A stretch of DNA of 64,000 nucleotides from Octopus sinensis (lineage: Eukaryota): contig NC_043007.1 in the NCBI RefSeq assembly GCF_006345805.1, positions 18,600,001 to 18,664,000 of the forward strand. The letters are read 5' to 3'. The notes under the pieces are model-generated. The model had not been told where the DNA came from. It worked only from the letters and a program-made list of their open reading frames with translations, and did no database searches. The position numbers and the translations under genes were made by a program. Positions 11,301 to 23,497 of this stretch are shown here, in pieces. Position 1 is the stretch's first letter. The number at the start of each line of letters is the position of its first letter.

Positions 11301-12373
11301 GTGCAGCAACATCAAAGGAAAATTAACCGAGAAGATAGCTATCGTGTGTGGCAGATGCACTGGGGCAATAGACACCACAGATACTCAGAAAACAGATTCC
11401 ATCTAACTCCAGTGGGAGAAACTAGAAGTAGTTGATGGGTGACCAAGTTAGTAGTGGGGGTGGATGCTCAGAGAGTGTTACCACTAGAATAAGAATAGCA
11501 TGGGAAAAGTTTAGAAAGCTTCTTCACCTACTGGCGACAAAGGGTCTCTTTCTCAGAATGAAAGGTAGATTGTATGACACATGTGTGCGAACCGCCATAC
11601 TTCACGGCAGTGAAACATGGGCCATGATTGCCAAGGACATGTGTAGGCTTAAAAGAAATGAAGCTAGCATGATCTGCAGGATGTGTAATGTCAGTGTGCA
11701 TGCACGACAGAGTGTAAGCGTCCTGAGATAACTGTTGGGCATAAGAAGCATTGGATGTGGCATGCAGGAGAGACATTTGTGTTGGTATGGTCATGTACTA
11801 AGGATGGATGAGGAGAGATGTGTGAAGAAGTGCCACTCCCAAACAGTTGAAGGAATCCGGGGTAGAGGTAAACCCAGGAAGACATGGGATGAGGTGGACC
11901 TTCGAACGTTGGGCCTCACAGAAGCAATGACGAAAGACTGAGACCTCTGGGGATATGCTGTGACTGCGAAGACCCGACAAATGAAGTGAGTTCATGGCTT
12001 GCAGGACGGCCTGCTGTGCTTACCTTGGATCATCTTACCATGCTGCCATGCCAAAACCTTATTGCTATCAGAACTGGATAAACTTACAGACCATGAGTCT
12101 CACTGAGACTAAGGCAGGATTAGCAGGATTAGCTCTAAATACCTAAGGGATTATATTATGTGAAAATATGATGTAGCAGTTAAGATAAGGCAAGTTTTAA
12201 TCATTACCAAAAGTCACTAAGCCCTGAATGTTACCTTCACCTTCTTCATCCCCTTCCTGACTGCCTTCACCATCATCTTGCAGAATGATACTCTCACTTT
12301 GGTCTGCATTCTCATCTTCGCCTACGTTTGTCTCCTCTTCTTGCTCAATATTACTTGAATTGGGATCAGCCAT
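2601..12373 (-). CDS. Unidentified gene with Glu/Asp-rich N-terminus, copy A (3'-incomplete, probably continues left of the window). Coding exons 12373-12235, 9768-9436, 8497-8462, 8278-8228, 5792-5694, 2657-2601; possible extra exon 4637-4575
   Basis: Each exon has a pyrimidine-rich AG acceptor and a GT donor, all phase 1-1, joining into one ORF: MADPNSSNIEQEEETNVGEDENADQ.../EDGSELSQDEDVELPDD.../EAVDKASTPDVE/EAAEKAEVPLDVQPAVT/EAGDVAVVEAGDE.../ESEESDDSEGLVDLASSVT. Putative 5'UTR exons at ~14505-14466 and 13280-13221. No recognisable domain. Confidence 0.72.
2704..2790. repeat. (AAT)n microsatellite
   Basis: Directly visible. Confidence 0.95.
3290..3715 (-). mobile_element. CR1-clade LINE 3' fragment. 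Related copies at 6400-6780(+), 18275-18660(+), 25207-25590(+), 33585-33710(+)
   Basis: Peptide SNTRGHVYKVRKQHSSHDFRKHFF..RVAEAWNKLPASVV is a CR1 ORF2 C-terminus; (AAT)n tail. Confidence 0.85.
4150..4570 (+). mobile_element. Degenerate Penelope-like element, GIY-YIG endonuclease region
   Basis: Translation with stops and a frameshift: ECTCRGNITCLLNDHC...KYAGTTEGPFRASFNSHTSS...NATALAKHI*LLK...EWRILEKSKPY...CRLCLTDK...LNYRREIFNPCPHE. This follows the Penelope GIY-YIG C-terminal pattern. Confidence 0.8.
6164..6322. repeat. 17-bp minisatellite (gttgagttggtatgttg) x ~9; paralogous array of ~5 units at 25037-25127
   Basis: Directly visible tandem units. Confidence 0.95.
7020..7358 (-). mobile_element. 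tRNA-derived SINE family 4 (head GAAGGCGCATGGCTCAGTGG), nested in a family-1 SINE; second copy at 56203-56478
   Basis: tRNA-like head ...TGGTTAGAACGTC...GTGAGTTCGAATCCCGG on the minus strand. It interrupts the family-1 SINE at cagatgaaatact, which is duplicated on both sides. Confidence 0.8.
7396..7436 (-). pseudogene. Dead duplicate of microexon 8278-8228 (donor lost to a SINE insertion)
   Basis: EVAEKAEAPLDVQP vs EAAEKAEVPLDVQPAVT. The downstream intron resumes at 6860-6916, homologous to 8166-8220. Confidence 0.75.
8774..9380. repeat. Segment with ~225-bp direct repeats (8797-9023, 9153-9380) and a 28-bp perfect palindrome at its left end
   Basis: Near-identical repeats actagt(c/t)cgagcgtatcactcaggc...gagatttaaatat; palindrome actagttttagtccggactaaaactagt; absent from unit B. 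Confidence 0.85.
11070..12030 (+). mobile_element. RTE-clade LINE, decayed 3' half
   Basis: GGGCSESVTTRIRIAWEKFRKLLHLL...KGRLYDTCVRTAILHGSETW...WYGHVLRMDEERCVKKC...RGRGKPRKTW. Confidence 0.9.
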
Positions 12374-12805
12374 TGTAATATTATCTAGAGAGAAATGATA
12401 AAATAAAATAAAATAGAATTTTGTAAGTATTTGTACTGTCCGACTTCAATGGTACTGTCGCACCCGTTCTCTTATAGCAGGTGAAATGTGGGCTGCTACA
12501 AAGAGGGAAGAACATTGGCTACAACACAAATGGCCAGGAAGAGAAGATCCATGCAAGAATATATCCAAAATGAATTAATTCAAGAATGGATCATGGCTTG
12601 CACTGAGTTCACTGCAGAAAATTTCTGCCAACATCTTTCCTACATATTGAGCAAAGCCATTTTCTCGAAGGAAGTAGAGTTTTGTCTGTTCTCTTGCTAT
12701 CTAGAACTTTAAAAATAGAAAGAAAAGAAAAAGAGACAGAGCAAGACACCGTATACTAGATAATACAATCCTATTTAAAAAAAATAAAAATAAGATGTAG
12801 TAGTA

Positions 12806-13186
12806 GGAGCACTCCGTCGGTTACGACGATGAGGGTCCCAGCTGATACGATCAACGGAACAGCTTGCTCGTGGAATTAACGTGCAAGTGGCTGAGCACTC
12901 CACTGACACGTGTACCCTTAACGCAGTTCTCGGGGATATTCAGCGTGACACAAAGAGTGACAAGGCTGGCCCTTTGAAATACAGGTACAACAGAAACAGG
13001 AAGAAAGAGTGAGAGAAAGTTGTGGTGAAAGAGTACAGCAGGGTTCACCACCATCCCCTGCCGGAGCCTCATGGAGCTTAAGTGTTTTCGCTCAATAAAC
13101 ACTCACAATGCCCGGTCTTGGAATCGAAACCGCGATCCTACGACCGCGAGTCCGCTGCCCTAACCACTGGGTCATTGCGCCTCCAC
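12806..13186 (-). mobile_element. tRNA-derived SINE family 3 (head GGAGGCGCAATGGCCCAGTGG). Other copies at 4945-5178, 17286-17666, 22970-23351, 25754-26125, 39679-40061; variant at 60697-60987
   Basis: A box TGGCCCAGTGG, B box GGTTTCGATTCC, and a conserved ~380-bp body. Confidence 0.88.
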
Positions 13187-13714
13187 AAAAAATAAGATGA
13201 GAACAGCGGGAATGCCCTACCTGGGGTTAAATCATACTAACAACACTTTGAGAAGATACTTCTTTGGGAATTTTAAGGTGCTATTTATAAGATATATAGA
13301 GCCGTGAAATGACTTTTAAACGTTTAAAAGAAAAATCAAAATACACAAAGTAGAAAAACACATTTCAAACATTTATAAGGAAAACGAAAAAGAGTCAATG
13401 TTTTAACTTTTAAACATTTCGTATGAGAGATAGAGCGAAATTATAAAAATGAAATTGTTTAAGTGAAAAACGAAACAATTAGATGCTTTACGAATCTGGA
13501 CAAGCGCCTCAAAGATTTGATTTCCACCCTGCGTAACCTTAAAAGACAGAGGAGGAAGGGTGAAGTAAAAAAACTGATTTGATTTTAAAAACAATGAAAA
13601 GATAGGAAGAAGAATATGTGTATATTTCTATACTCAGAATGTATCTCTGTGAGACCATAGGCTTATAGTGTGCATGGTGGATTAGCGGAGAATCTTGTCT
13701 CTCACAGTGACAGA

Positions 13715-14040
13715 AGGCCCTTCATCTGGGATGCCAGATGACACATGCTGTGGCACCTCCAGCGGCAGCTTGGTGTTGTCAGCTACCAACCCAGGCTCCG
13801 CTGCTCGTCAGGCTGAGAAAAACAGTCAAACTTTCCGACAGGTTTATGGTCGAACTTGTAACAATGCAGACCTCCAGCACACTTGGCCCCCGGACCATAT
13901 CCCCGATTACCGATATCGGGGCGGAGATTGCTGTCTGCAAGTGCGAGCCCCGTGGAGTCAGAGTGGCTATTCCAACGCATCTCCCTCGCTATCCTCCGGG
14001 ACAAAACCTTTTCCATTTTGTCTACTGGTGCCATGGGAAA
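13715..14040 (+). mobile_element. CRE-clade (restriction-like endonuclease) non-LTR retrotransposon 3' relic; paralog at 29535-30565 split by a CR1
   Basis: Frameshifted WD..DT...SATNPGSAARQAEK..LSDRFMVELVTMQTSSTLGP...EPRESEWLFQRISLAILRDKTFSILST resembles the CRE RLE pattern AAA.AE..K..KY.....FVPVAVET.G..G...FQRLSVAVQRGNA. Confidence 0.7.
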
Positions 14041-14465
14041 TGTTTCTATATTCTGGGAGGCAAGATTCTCCGTTAATCCATCGCGTATACTATAAGCTTT
14101 TGAATGTTTCACAGAGACAAGTCCCCCATACAAAAACAGATACATTTTCTTCTTCCGATCTTCTTATTCCTTTCTACTCAAATCTATTTTTCACTTCACT
14201 CTTCCACCTTAAAAATGATTTTAAATAAAGTTTGTAATTATTTTAGGTATCGTGTACTTGCCGGAATGTCTATTGGTGCCGGATAATCTAGGTGAATGTT
14301 GTTGAATGGCTTAACGTGATGTAAACACACCAAAAGTGAAGTCAATAAACAATATAACAAATAAGTCGGTGATAACTAATGCACTTGGGAGATGGATGAA
14401 TACCACAACTCATTGTTTCTATAAGTGTCACGAACGAGGAAATACGAAATTATTCTTTTGATTAC

Positions 14466-14535
14466 CTTGAAAGTGGACAGGTTCAACTTAACGGTCGGTC
14501 AGACAAGCGGAAGTGTAGCCATGACAACCTCACGC
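14466..14535 (-). promoter_or_regulatory. Promoter/first exon of acidic gene copy A: ETS site CGGAAGT (14508-14514) abutting an RFX X-box GTAGCCATGACAAC (14515-14528); donor CAAG|GTAAT at 14466
   Basis: Exact fit to the X-box consensus GTHNYY-AT-RRNAAC, locally CpG-rich, and identical in unit B. Confidence 0.65.
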
Positions 14536-15027
14536 ACTACCTACATGACAATCGTTAATCCCAACACCATCACAACCACAATCTTACTACCACCACCATC
14601 GCCCTACTGCTGCGAGTACCACAACTATCATCACAGTTTCTACTCTGTCATCGTCATCACTGCTTTCCCAAACTGCCATGAATTGGGTGGGTCTTCCCCA
14701 GCTGGGCATTTCGTTCTGTATTGCTTCCCATACATTCTTCCTTATTTCTTCTTCATACATTCTCGGCATTTAATGTCTACGCGTCACTTCTCTTTAACAT
14801 TGCGCTGAATACACGAGTATCGGACAATCTACCTTCCACTGGGAAAGGTAATCCTTTATTGGTGGTGGAGGTAATAGGTTCCTGAAACCAGCCGCCTCCT
14901 GTGCTTATGTTTACGGGGCGAAATTCTGCTTTAAGCACCCCTCGTAACTTGTTTTATTTTTTTTTAATCTTCAGAAAACTTTTGCGATTTTGTGCTCTAC
15001 ACACGAGATTATCAAAAATAAATGTGG

Positions 15028-15151
15028 GATCTGTTCACTTTGACCGGCACATTTAAAAAATAATTTTTTGTAACTAAACACTTTTAAACTTCGTAGAATG
15101 TTACATACAGAAAAATATTTTTTAAATGTGCCGGTCAAAGTAAAAAGATCC
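15028..15151. mobile_element. Short MITE (TIR ggatct.tt.actttgaccggcacatttaaaa)
   Basis: Terminal inverted repeats; related TIR to the element at 43249-43657. Confidence 0.7.
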
Positions 15152-17743
15152 TAAATGTGTGTGATTTAAGAGTGATTTAGCTATTGTTTTTAGCACATCC
15201 CACGACCACCTGATACCTCGTTGTCACTCTGACATGTATTGATGTTTTTCAATATTTTTCTCCTCCTACACACATTTGATGATGCACCCAAGGGTGGTTC
15301 GTTGCTGGGATTTTAGCAGAAAATTAGAACTGTCCGTATTAGAAACCCTGATTTTAAAACGGAAATTTGAGGATTTATAGGGTGGGGCTGAAAATTTTTT
15401 GTTTATAATCATATGTATTCCGTGTGTAGAGCACACATTCACGAACATTTTCTGACAAATACAAAGTTGAGGGTGTTTAAACCAGAATTCTGTCATTCAC
15501 AGAACTTCTACCTCCATAGTACAATCAGTAAACTATTCTTGTACCTCTTCTACACACAATGTTGTCCTTTCCTATGAGCCTGTTTGTGACCCCACAATAC
15601 CTTTTTTTGCCCCCATTGTATACACTGGGTACACCATATGGGAATCCTCCCTAGTTATTCTCTGCATTCTGAGAATGGTTGCTTCTCAAATGTCAGCATA
15701 GTCCTGTTTGAAGCTTCTTGATTCTATGTTATGCTTCTTCATTTGGAATTTCTTTTCTCGTAATTCTTTGACAGATTCAGCAATAAGGAATTGGTCACTG
15801 GCATACAAGACTTCCAACAGACAGCTGGTCTTAAACTCCTCTATTGTGGCCTGTAAAACTATAATAAACAAAAATGGGGCTGAGTACTGAAACATGATGG
15901 ACCCTTACCTGCTTTCTAAATTCTTTCCTGAACTCAGTGCCAAATATCACTTTGCATAGAGCATCATCTCTGTATAGGGCTTGTATTGCCTTTACAAGTC
16001 ATTTGTCAGCATTGTTTTCTTAGTGGTTACCAGATTACAGAGCATGATAACATATGAAAGGCCTTCATTTCAACAAATGCTAACTATAATGGTTTATTCT
16101 TTTCTTTTTTATTTAATTTTTAAAGACAGTATGGTATTAAAGATTTGGCTGCTATTTCCAGCAGATAGTGTATCCATATCATTCTCACTAGTGATTAAAA
16201 TTCCCAAATTATTTGGAAGTGAAGCTAGAATTAACTTTCAGCTTTTTATTTCTTATTCAAATGGCTGCAAAGAAATAACACAATTGAGATGACAACAGGC
16301 ATCGACAGGCTAAATGATGAAATAAGACACAGATGCTGGAACTGGATCGGACATGTTCTCAGACAAGATTGCAAAAGTGACTTGGTGGCACTGAAGTGGC
16401 AGTCTGAAGGGAAAAGAACAGCAGGGCACCCTAAAACCATATGGTGAAGAAACTATTACTACTACATCTGATGACAATAATAATAATGATCCTTTCTACT
16501 AAAGGTACAACGCCTGAAATTTTGGGGGAGTGGCACGTAAAAAGCACCAACCGATTGTGGCTGCTGCCAGCCTCCCCTGGCACGTAAAAAGCACTCACTA
16601 CACTCACGAAGTGGTTGGCGTTAGGAAGGGCTCCCAGCTGTAGAAAACACTGCCAGATCAGACTGGAGCCTGGTGCAGCCTCCTGGCTTCCCAGACCCCA
16701 GTTGAACCATCCAACCAGTGATAGCACGGAAAACGGACATTAAATGATGACGATGATGATGATTGGACAAGTCGATTACATTGATCCCAGTGTTTCACTG
16801 GTACTTAATTTATTGACCCCTGAAAGGATGAAAGGCAAAGTCGACCTCGGAGGAATTTGAACTCAGAATGTAGTGACAGACAAAATACCACTAAGCATTT
16901 CACCCAGCATGCTAATGATTCTGCCAGCTCAACACCTTAGTATTATGTCATTATAAATCGACCTTGGTGGGAATTGAGCTAAGAATGTCATGAGTGAAGA
17001 AATGCTGATAGGCGTTTTGTTGAATGTGCTAAGAATTCTGTCAGCACACTGCTTATAATCTTTTATTTGTTTCAGTCATTTGGCTGTGGCCATGCTGGAG
17101 CAACTCCTTTAGTCCAGCAAATCAACCCCAGGCCTTATTCTTCGTAAACCTAGTACTTATTCTATCGGTCTCTTTTGCCAAACTGCTAAGTTACAGGGAC
17201 GTAAACACACCAGCATCAGTTGTCAAGCGATGTTGGGGGGACAAACACAGACACACAAACATATACATACATATATATGGAATGGAAGCACTCCGTCAGT
17301 TACGACGACGAGGGTTCCAGTTGATCCGATCAACGGAACAGCCTGCTCGTGAAATTAACGTGTAAGTGGCTGAGCACTCCACAGACACATGTACCCTTAA
17401 TGTAGTTCTCGGGGATATTCAGCGTGACACAGAGAGTGACAAGGCCGGCCCTTTGAAATACAGCTACAAGAGAAACAGGAAGTAAGAGTGAGAGAAAGTT
17501 GTGGTGAAAGAGTACAGCAGGGATCACCACCATCCCCTGCCGGAACCTCGTGGAGCTTTAGGTGTTTTCGCTCAATAAACACTCACAACGCCCAGTCTGG
17601 GAATCGAAACCGCGATCCTACGACCGCGAGTCCACTGCCCTAACCACTGGGCCATTGCGCCTCCACATACATATATATATATACGTTTAAATATTTGTTG
17701 TGCAAGATTTTTTATGTGAAGTCGTGTGACCATTCCGAAATAT

Positions 17744-17802
<59 letters not shown>

Positions 17803-18074
17803 ATATATATATATATATACATATGACTGGCTTCTTTCAGTTTCTATCTACCAAATCCACTCACAAGGCTTTGGTCGGCCTGAGGCTGAAGACACTTGTC
17901 CAAGGTGCCACACAGTGGAACTGAAACCAGAACCATGTGATTGGTAAGCAAGCTACTTACTAGCACAGCCACTCCTGGCTTTTAATAATGAAATAACAAG
18001 AATGATGATGATGATGATACAAACTTCAAAACATCAAGTGACACGAAGATACTGTTTAAACAATTTATTTAAAA

Positions 18075-21000
18075 TTATACACTCGCTTTTTTGTCCCAAT
18101 CTTTCATTTTGGTGCTGTCGAGTATGAAGTCATCTTTCAGAAAATTCCAAATCTTTTTCTCAGGTTCAGGCTGAAGTAGATAGATATGGTGAATATTTAT
18201 TGTGCAAGTAAATTAACTCAAGGCAAACACAATCAACACAACAACAACAACACAGGTGGACAGAACCAATGCAGCAACCATCTTACAAACAATAACTCTG
18301 AGCACCTTTTCAAACTCCACCTGTCTAACACCTGTGGACATGTTTACAAAGTCAGAAAACAGCACAGCTCCCATGACTTTCGGAAACATTTTTTTCATGC
18401 TAAGAGTTGCTGAAGCATGGAACAAACTGCTGACATCAGTTGTTAGTTGTCGGAGCACTGCATCCTTCAAAACTTCCATGCTTCCTGAGATTCGCCAACA
18501 CTACACCTGATTTTCTTCCCTCCATACACACGCAAGCATGTATCTGACTCATACACTGTTCACTTTCCAGACATTTGTACATTACTGCATATGCTTTACA
18601 TGCACTTTTGACAAGTTGTGGTGCACCCGAGCACTGTATACAACAAGTTCATTATTATTATTATTAAAACACATGGACAGTCCAGCCAAGAAATTAGTTG
18701 AATGGTCAGAAGAGGTGAACATAGTTAACACAATAACACAGGCAAACAGAGTCAACATAACAGAAACAGTCAACACAACAAAACAGGTGAACATAACAAT
18801 TATACAGGTAATCACATACCTGTACTATCTTAATCCTTCAGCATTCAGATTACTCTGTCAAATGTGATGCTTATTTATTCATATTATTATGAATTAATCA
18901 TGCATAATCTCATAGCTTCAAGATTCTGATGAATGATGTGGTAGTTTATTTTTAGAATGATATTGTAAGGTAGGTATAAGGGGCTATATTTGGCCAGTTT
19001 GAGCATAAAGCAGGTAAAATATTTTAGTTGGATAAGGCCAGTTTAAATGCCAAAGTGTTAAGGCATAAGCAGACAGAGCAGTTGCATGGGAGTCTCATGG
19101 GTTCAGGGGACCAATTCTGATCTATGTATGCTGTGACTTGCTGTCAATAAATAACTACTATAGGGCCCAATGTATTGATTTGCCTGTAGGCCTCATGGGT
19201 CTAAGGACCTAATTCTCATTTATCAGCATCGCCTTACTGGTACTTGTGCCGGTGGTATGTGAAAAACAACATTTGAGCGAGGGCGTTGCCGGTGCCACTG
19301 GACTGGCTTCTGTGCAGGTGGCACATAAAAAACACCATTTGAGCGTGGCCGTTGCCTTTTCTGCCTGACTGGCCCTTGTGCTGGTGGCACGTAAAAGCAC
19401 CCACTACACTCTCGGAGTGGTTGGCATTAGGAAGAGCATCCAGCTGTAGAAACTCTGCCAGATCAGATTGGAGCCTGGTGCAGCCATCTGGTTCACCAGT
19501 CCCCAGTCAAACCGTCCAACCCATGCCAGCATGGAAAGCGGACATTAAACAATGATGATGATGATGAAAGCGGTGGTTGGTGTAAAATAGTTTGATTCAG
19601 CTCCAAGCAACATAAAGTTCCATAGCCTCATCACAAGAGTTTAGCTTGTGCTCAGGTGAGTCTACAAAACTTAATGTTGTATAGGGCCAAATCAATCTAT
19701 TTAAAATAATAACATACACACACATATATACATACATACACACACACACAAACAGATAACATAACTAATGGATAACACAAGTCGGGGACAAGACAATACT
19801 CATGAACAAAAGACATAACTAATGGATGATAACATGACTAGGTTAACAGGACATAATTAAAGGGTAACACAAGGGAGAAGAGAAATGACCAATGGAAGAT
19901 ATACGGTAAATCTTCTAGTATAGTCCGCCCTTGAGTAAAATACGTAGGGGATTTTTAGGGGGCTGTACCTCTGAAAAACCTAAACCTTGTGTATAATACA
20001 CACTCCTTCTCTAACTTGAGTCAAGGAGGTCTATATAACGTCCTTGGTTTGTAAAAATGTATACAGCAACGTCCTTTATTATTATTGTATATATAACATA
20101 ATGCAAACGTGTAGCTTTTTTGTGCATTTTGTTTGCAGAAAATAAAGAAATAACAATAATAACAACAATAACATTTAATAAATGTTGCTTATTGTAAGTT
20201 ATGGATGATTCTTTTATGACTTCATTGCTTTCAGGCTTAGCTTAAGATATTTTCGCGCCCGACATCACAAAATGCGTCTGAATAAACATTGCCGGACAGC
20301 AAATAGAGACTCGGACATTGCTTAGAAAATAATTTTCATTTTTAACCTCGTATATAGTACGCACTAGGGATTTTGACCTTTAAATTTTGGGGAAAAATTG
20401 CGGATTATACTCAAGGATTTACGGTAATTGAGGAACACAAGACATAACTAATGGATAACATGACTTGAAAAGACATGAAATAACATGACTAGAGGAGGAG
20501 GTGGGATAACTAATAGATCATATGACTAGGTAAGCAGTGGAATGAGTAGGAGGAAGTAGTCAATTAAGAGCCAAGTTACTAAATTACTTACTTTAATTGT
20601 GTCGTCTGGTTGAGATGACAAATTAACTTTCGGCATGTTTTGAAGCAGGTGAAAGAATGACATCTGCTCTGTGTTCTCAGAGATTTTCTGTTTTTTCCAC
20701 TCAGTTGTGTTTATGGTATTTTCGTTCTCCTCATTCAGTTTCTGTTGTTCCTGTACAGCATTGAATAGCTGGACAATACCTCTGAAAAGAATATATATAT
20801 ATGTATATCTCTATATATATATAAATACATACAAGCAAAATGCCCCCCCCCCCACGTCCAATGGTCGGTGCTGAATCAAATCAGCTGAATAAAGAGCAAT
20901 CAGTGTTTTATTTTCATTAAAAAATAATTAAGCATGCCTTTATTTCAATAAATTTTTTGGTTTTGTTAAATGAAGTTAAGGCAAATAAAAAACTTCTTGA

Positions 21001-21262
21001 GAAACCAAATAGTCTTTCCTTCCTCCAGGCCAAGTTTGAAGAAAATATCTCTTTTACATCTTACTTTTTTGGTCTCTTAAACATACTGCATTTTGTGGTA
21101 TTATTTCAAGCCAGCCTTGAAATAACTTTCCCCTTCAGGCATACAATGAAGTACAAAATAGAAAAACAAATCTTACTGTGTAGCTACTGCTGTCAATTGG
21201 CGTTCTTTATTTATCTCAAGGACATTAGGCTTTGTTCTGGCTAAAAGAAGTTTAAAGATCCT
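18075..21262 (-). pseudogene. RRP15: Orphan duplicate of the last three RRP15 coding exons (21262-21177, 20781-20592, 18170-18075); frame and splice sites intact
   Basis: RIFKLLLARTKPNVLEINKERQLTAVAT/QGIVQLFNAVQEQQK.../PEPEKKIWNFLKDDFILDSTKMKDWDKKASV*. Same exon lengths (86/190/96) as the main gene, AATAAA retained, no 5' exons of its own. Confidence 0.85.
19902..20426. mobile_element. Tc1/mariner-pogo type MITE (TA ends); paralog at 34912-35436
   Basis: tacggtaaatcttctagtatagtccgc ... gcggattatactcaaggatttacggta inverted termini. Confidence 0.75.
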
Positions 21263-21594
21263 CTGGATAAGAAAAAAAGAAAGAGAAAAACAGCAAAATG
21301 AATTAAAGGGGAAGAGAAAAAATAAAACCAACAAGAAATATCTAAAATTTATGAGTGATGTTTATATTTCCATGCTTGCATGGGTCAGATGGAATTTGTA
21401 GAGGCAGATATTCTACAGCTGGAGGCTCTTCCTGTTGCCAACCCTCACCATTCTTTTCATGCAAAAAAATATTTTCCCATGACCAGACATGTTTTCCAAA
21501 GAAGACTGGAAGCAAACAACCTTGCTTCTATGATGATGATGGTGATGATGATGATGACAGTGATTTACAACCATCATGTTATGTCTAGAGAAGG

Positions 21595-21630
21595 GTATAC
21601 ACCAGCATTTCTCAACCAGGGTTCTGTAAG
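21595..21630 (+). mobile_element. Left terminus of a hAT element (TSD gtatacac + CAGCATTTCTCAACC)
   Basis: Partner right terminus GGTTGAGAAACACTG + gtatacac at 40302-40324. Confidence 0.65.
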
Positions 21631-22915
21631 AAAGAGTAAGATAAGCTAATGCTAATTTCAGGATCATAATATTGACATCATCCTATCTAACCTATTATGT
21701 TATCAAAAAATATAACAACCTTGGAAAAATAAAAATCAAGTCAAGTTATTTCACTCGACTTTACGTCTGTCCACCACAAATACTGGAATCGTAAAATCAC
21801 TAGAAAACCGTTAAAAACACATAAAATCATGTTACTGTACATCATCATCATCGGGTTGGATGGTTCAACAGGGATCTGGGAAGCCAGGAGGCTGCACCAG
21901 GCTCCAGTCTGAACTGGCAGTGTTTCTACAGCTGGATGCCCTTCCTAATGCCAACCACTCCAAGAGTGTAGTGGGTACTTTTTACGTGCCACTGGCACAG
22001 GGGCCAGAGGAGGCTGGCTACGGCCATGATCGGTTGTTGCTTTTTATGTGCCACCAGCACGGACGCCAGTCAAGGCGACACTAGCATCGATTAAGAATAA
22101 AAGCCTATAAAGTCATATTAAAATATGTACAGTAAATGTTAAGATACACACCATAAAGTAGTGTAGCTTAGTGAATGAAATCAGCTGTGTTGTTTTATTT
22201 ATCGGTTTTTCAGGGCTGATATTGCACTGTAGTTCCAATATCCACTCTTAGACATCGTTGCCTCTCCTGATTCCCGCAGTTGTTTTGAATTCAGATTTGT
22301 TTACGTCTGTTTATCAGCTAATTTCTTATTCTCATTCATTTGTGACTTTATTTTTTTGCTCTCATGGCTCCCAAGAAAATTCATATTGAAAGTACTAAGC
22401 ATCATGCTTATAATACCGGAAGATAAACTGGCTACGATAAAACGTCATGCAAAAGTGAAAAAGTGGTAACAATTGCACGATCTTTTGGGATGAGCCAGAC
22501 AACTGTATCGACAATTGTACATAATAAAGACAAGATTTTAGCACACATTTTATTAACCATTCCAACTCTATATGAATACTAACCCTAGCCCCTGCACACA
22601 AAGAACTCTTGCAGACTTACAGCATCTCAGAGACCTTTGGGGTCAAGGGACATAACTCAATATCTTAATATAACGCTTGCTCAGTTTGTTTTGCTTTTTT
22701 CACAATATCCACAAAATGGATGTGTTTTTTCAGCTCCAATAACAGAGAGCAGTCACAATATATTTTCTCCATATCTGCCAGCTCTGATGAACATGCAGTA
22801 TTGCTTAACCATGCGATTATCTAACATCCGGTTTAGTATCCAGTGTGAAACCGACTCTTAAAATCAGCCACAATGAATATATAATACTGTACACTTCAAT
22901 TAATATACATAGATA

Positions 22916-22951
<36 letters not shown>

Positions 22952-23497
22952 ATTATGTATGCGTGTATTGTGGAACTCCGTCTGTTATGATGACGAGGGT
23001 TCCAGTTGATCAGATCAACAGAACAGCCTGCTCGGGAAATAAACGTGCAAGTGGATGAGCACTCCACAGACACCTGTACCCTTAACGTAGTTCTCAGGGA
23101 GATTCAGCGTGACACAGTATGTGACAAAGCTGGCCCTTTGAAATACAGGTACAACAGAAACAGGGAGAAAGAGTGAGAGAAGGTCATGGTGAAAGAGTAC
23201 AGCAGGGTTTGCCACCATCCCCTGCCAGAGCCTCATAGAGCTTTAGGTTGTTTTCGCTCAATAAACATTCACAATGCCCGTCCTGAGAATTGAAACCACG
23301 ATCCTACGACTGCAAGTCTGCTGCCCTAACCACTGGGCCATTGCGCCTCCACTATGTGTGTATACATAAATATACACATATGCATGTGTTTGCATACACA
23401 CACACAAGCACATGCACCCATGCATCCATCTTCGCAGCACTGACAGTTCTGTCCATTATCACGAGTAGTCAAGTAATTAACTTCCTCAGAAACACAC

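Larger units (their letters stand above)
4910..22560. repeat. Tandem segmental duplication, unit A
   Basis: Colinear unique-sequence homology to unit B: 5580-6080/23390-23850, 6085-6780/24960-25580, 9380-10350/26250-27230, 12030-12710/28350-29030, 13217-14555/29034-31075, 16035-16480/31082-31540, 17990-18400/33290-33690, 18940-20820/34000-35800, 21124-21340/39050-39267, 22197-22560/39270-39639. Confidence 0.92.

Noticed and set aside
12488-12712. 74-82-aa ORF conserved in both units (MGCYKEGRTLATTQ...)
   Set aside because: GTG start and looks like a decayed RTE fragment (VAPVLL..GEMWA); conservation reflects the duplication only.
13100-13186. tRNA-like sequences at SINE heads
   Set aside because: They continue into multi-copy SINE bodies and lack a full cloverleaf; not tRNA genes.
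13695-14228. 177-aa ORF conserved in both units
   Set aside because: Frameshifted CRE retrotransposon relic, disrupted in unit B.
22620-22858. Possible exon at the duplication junction (ESVSHWILNRMLDNRMVKQ...)
   Set aside because: Early stops and resemblance to a decayed LINE C-terminal motif; weak acceptor.
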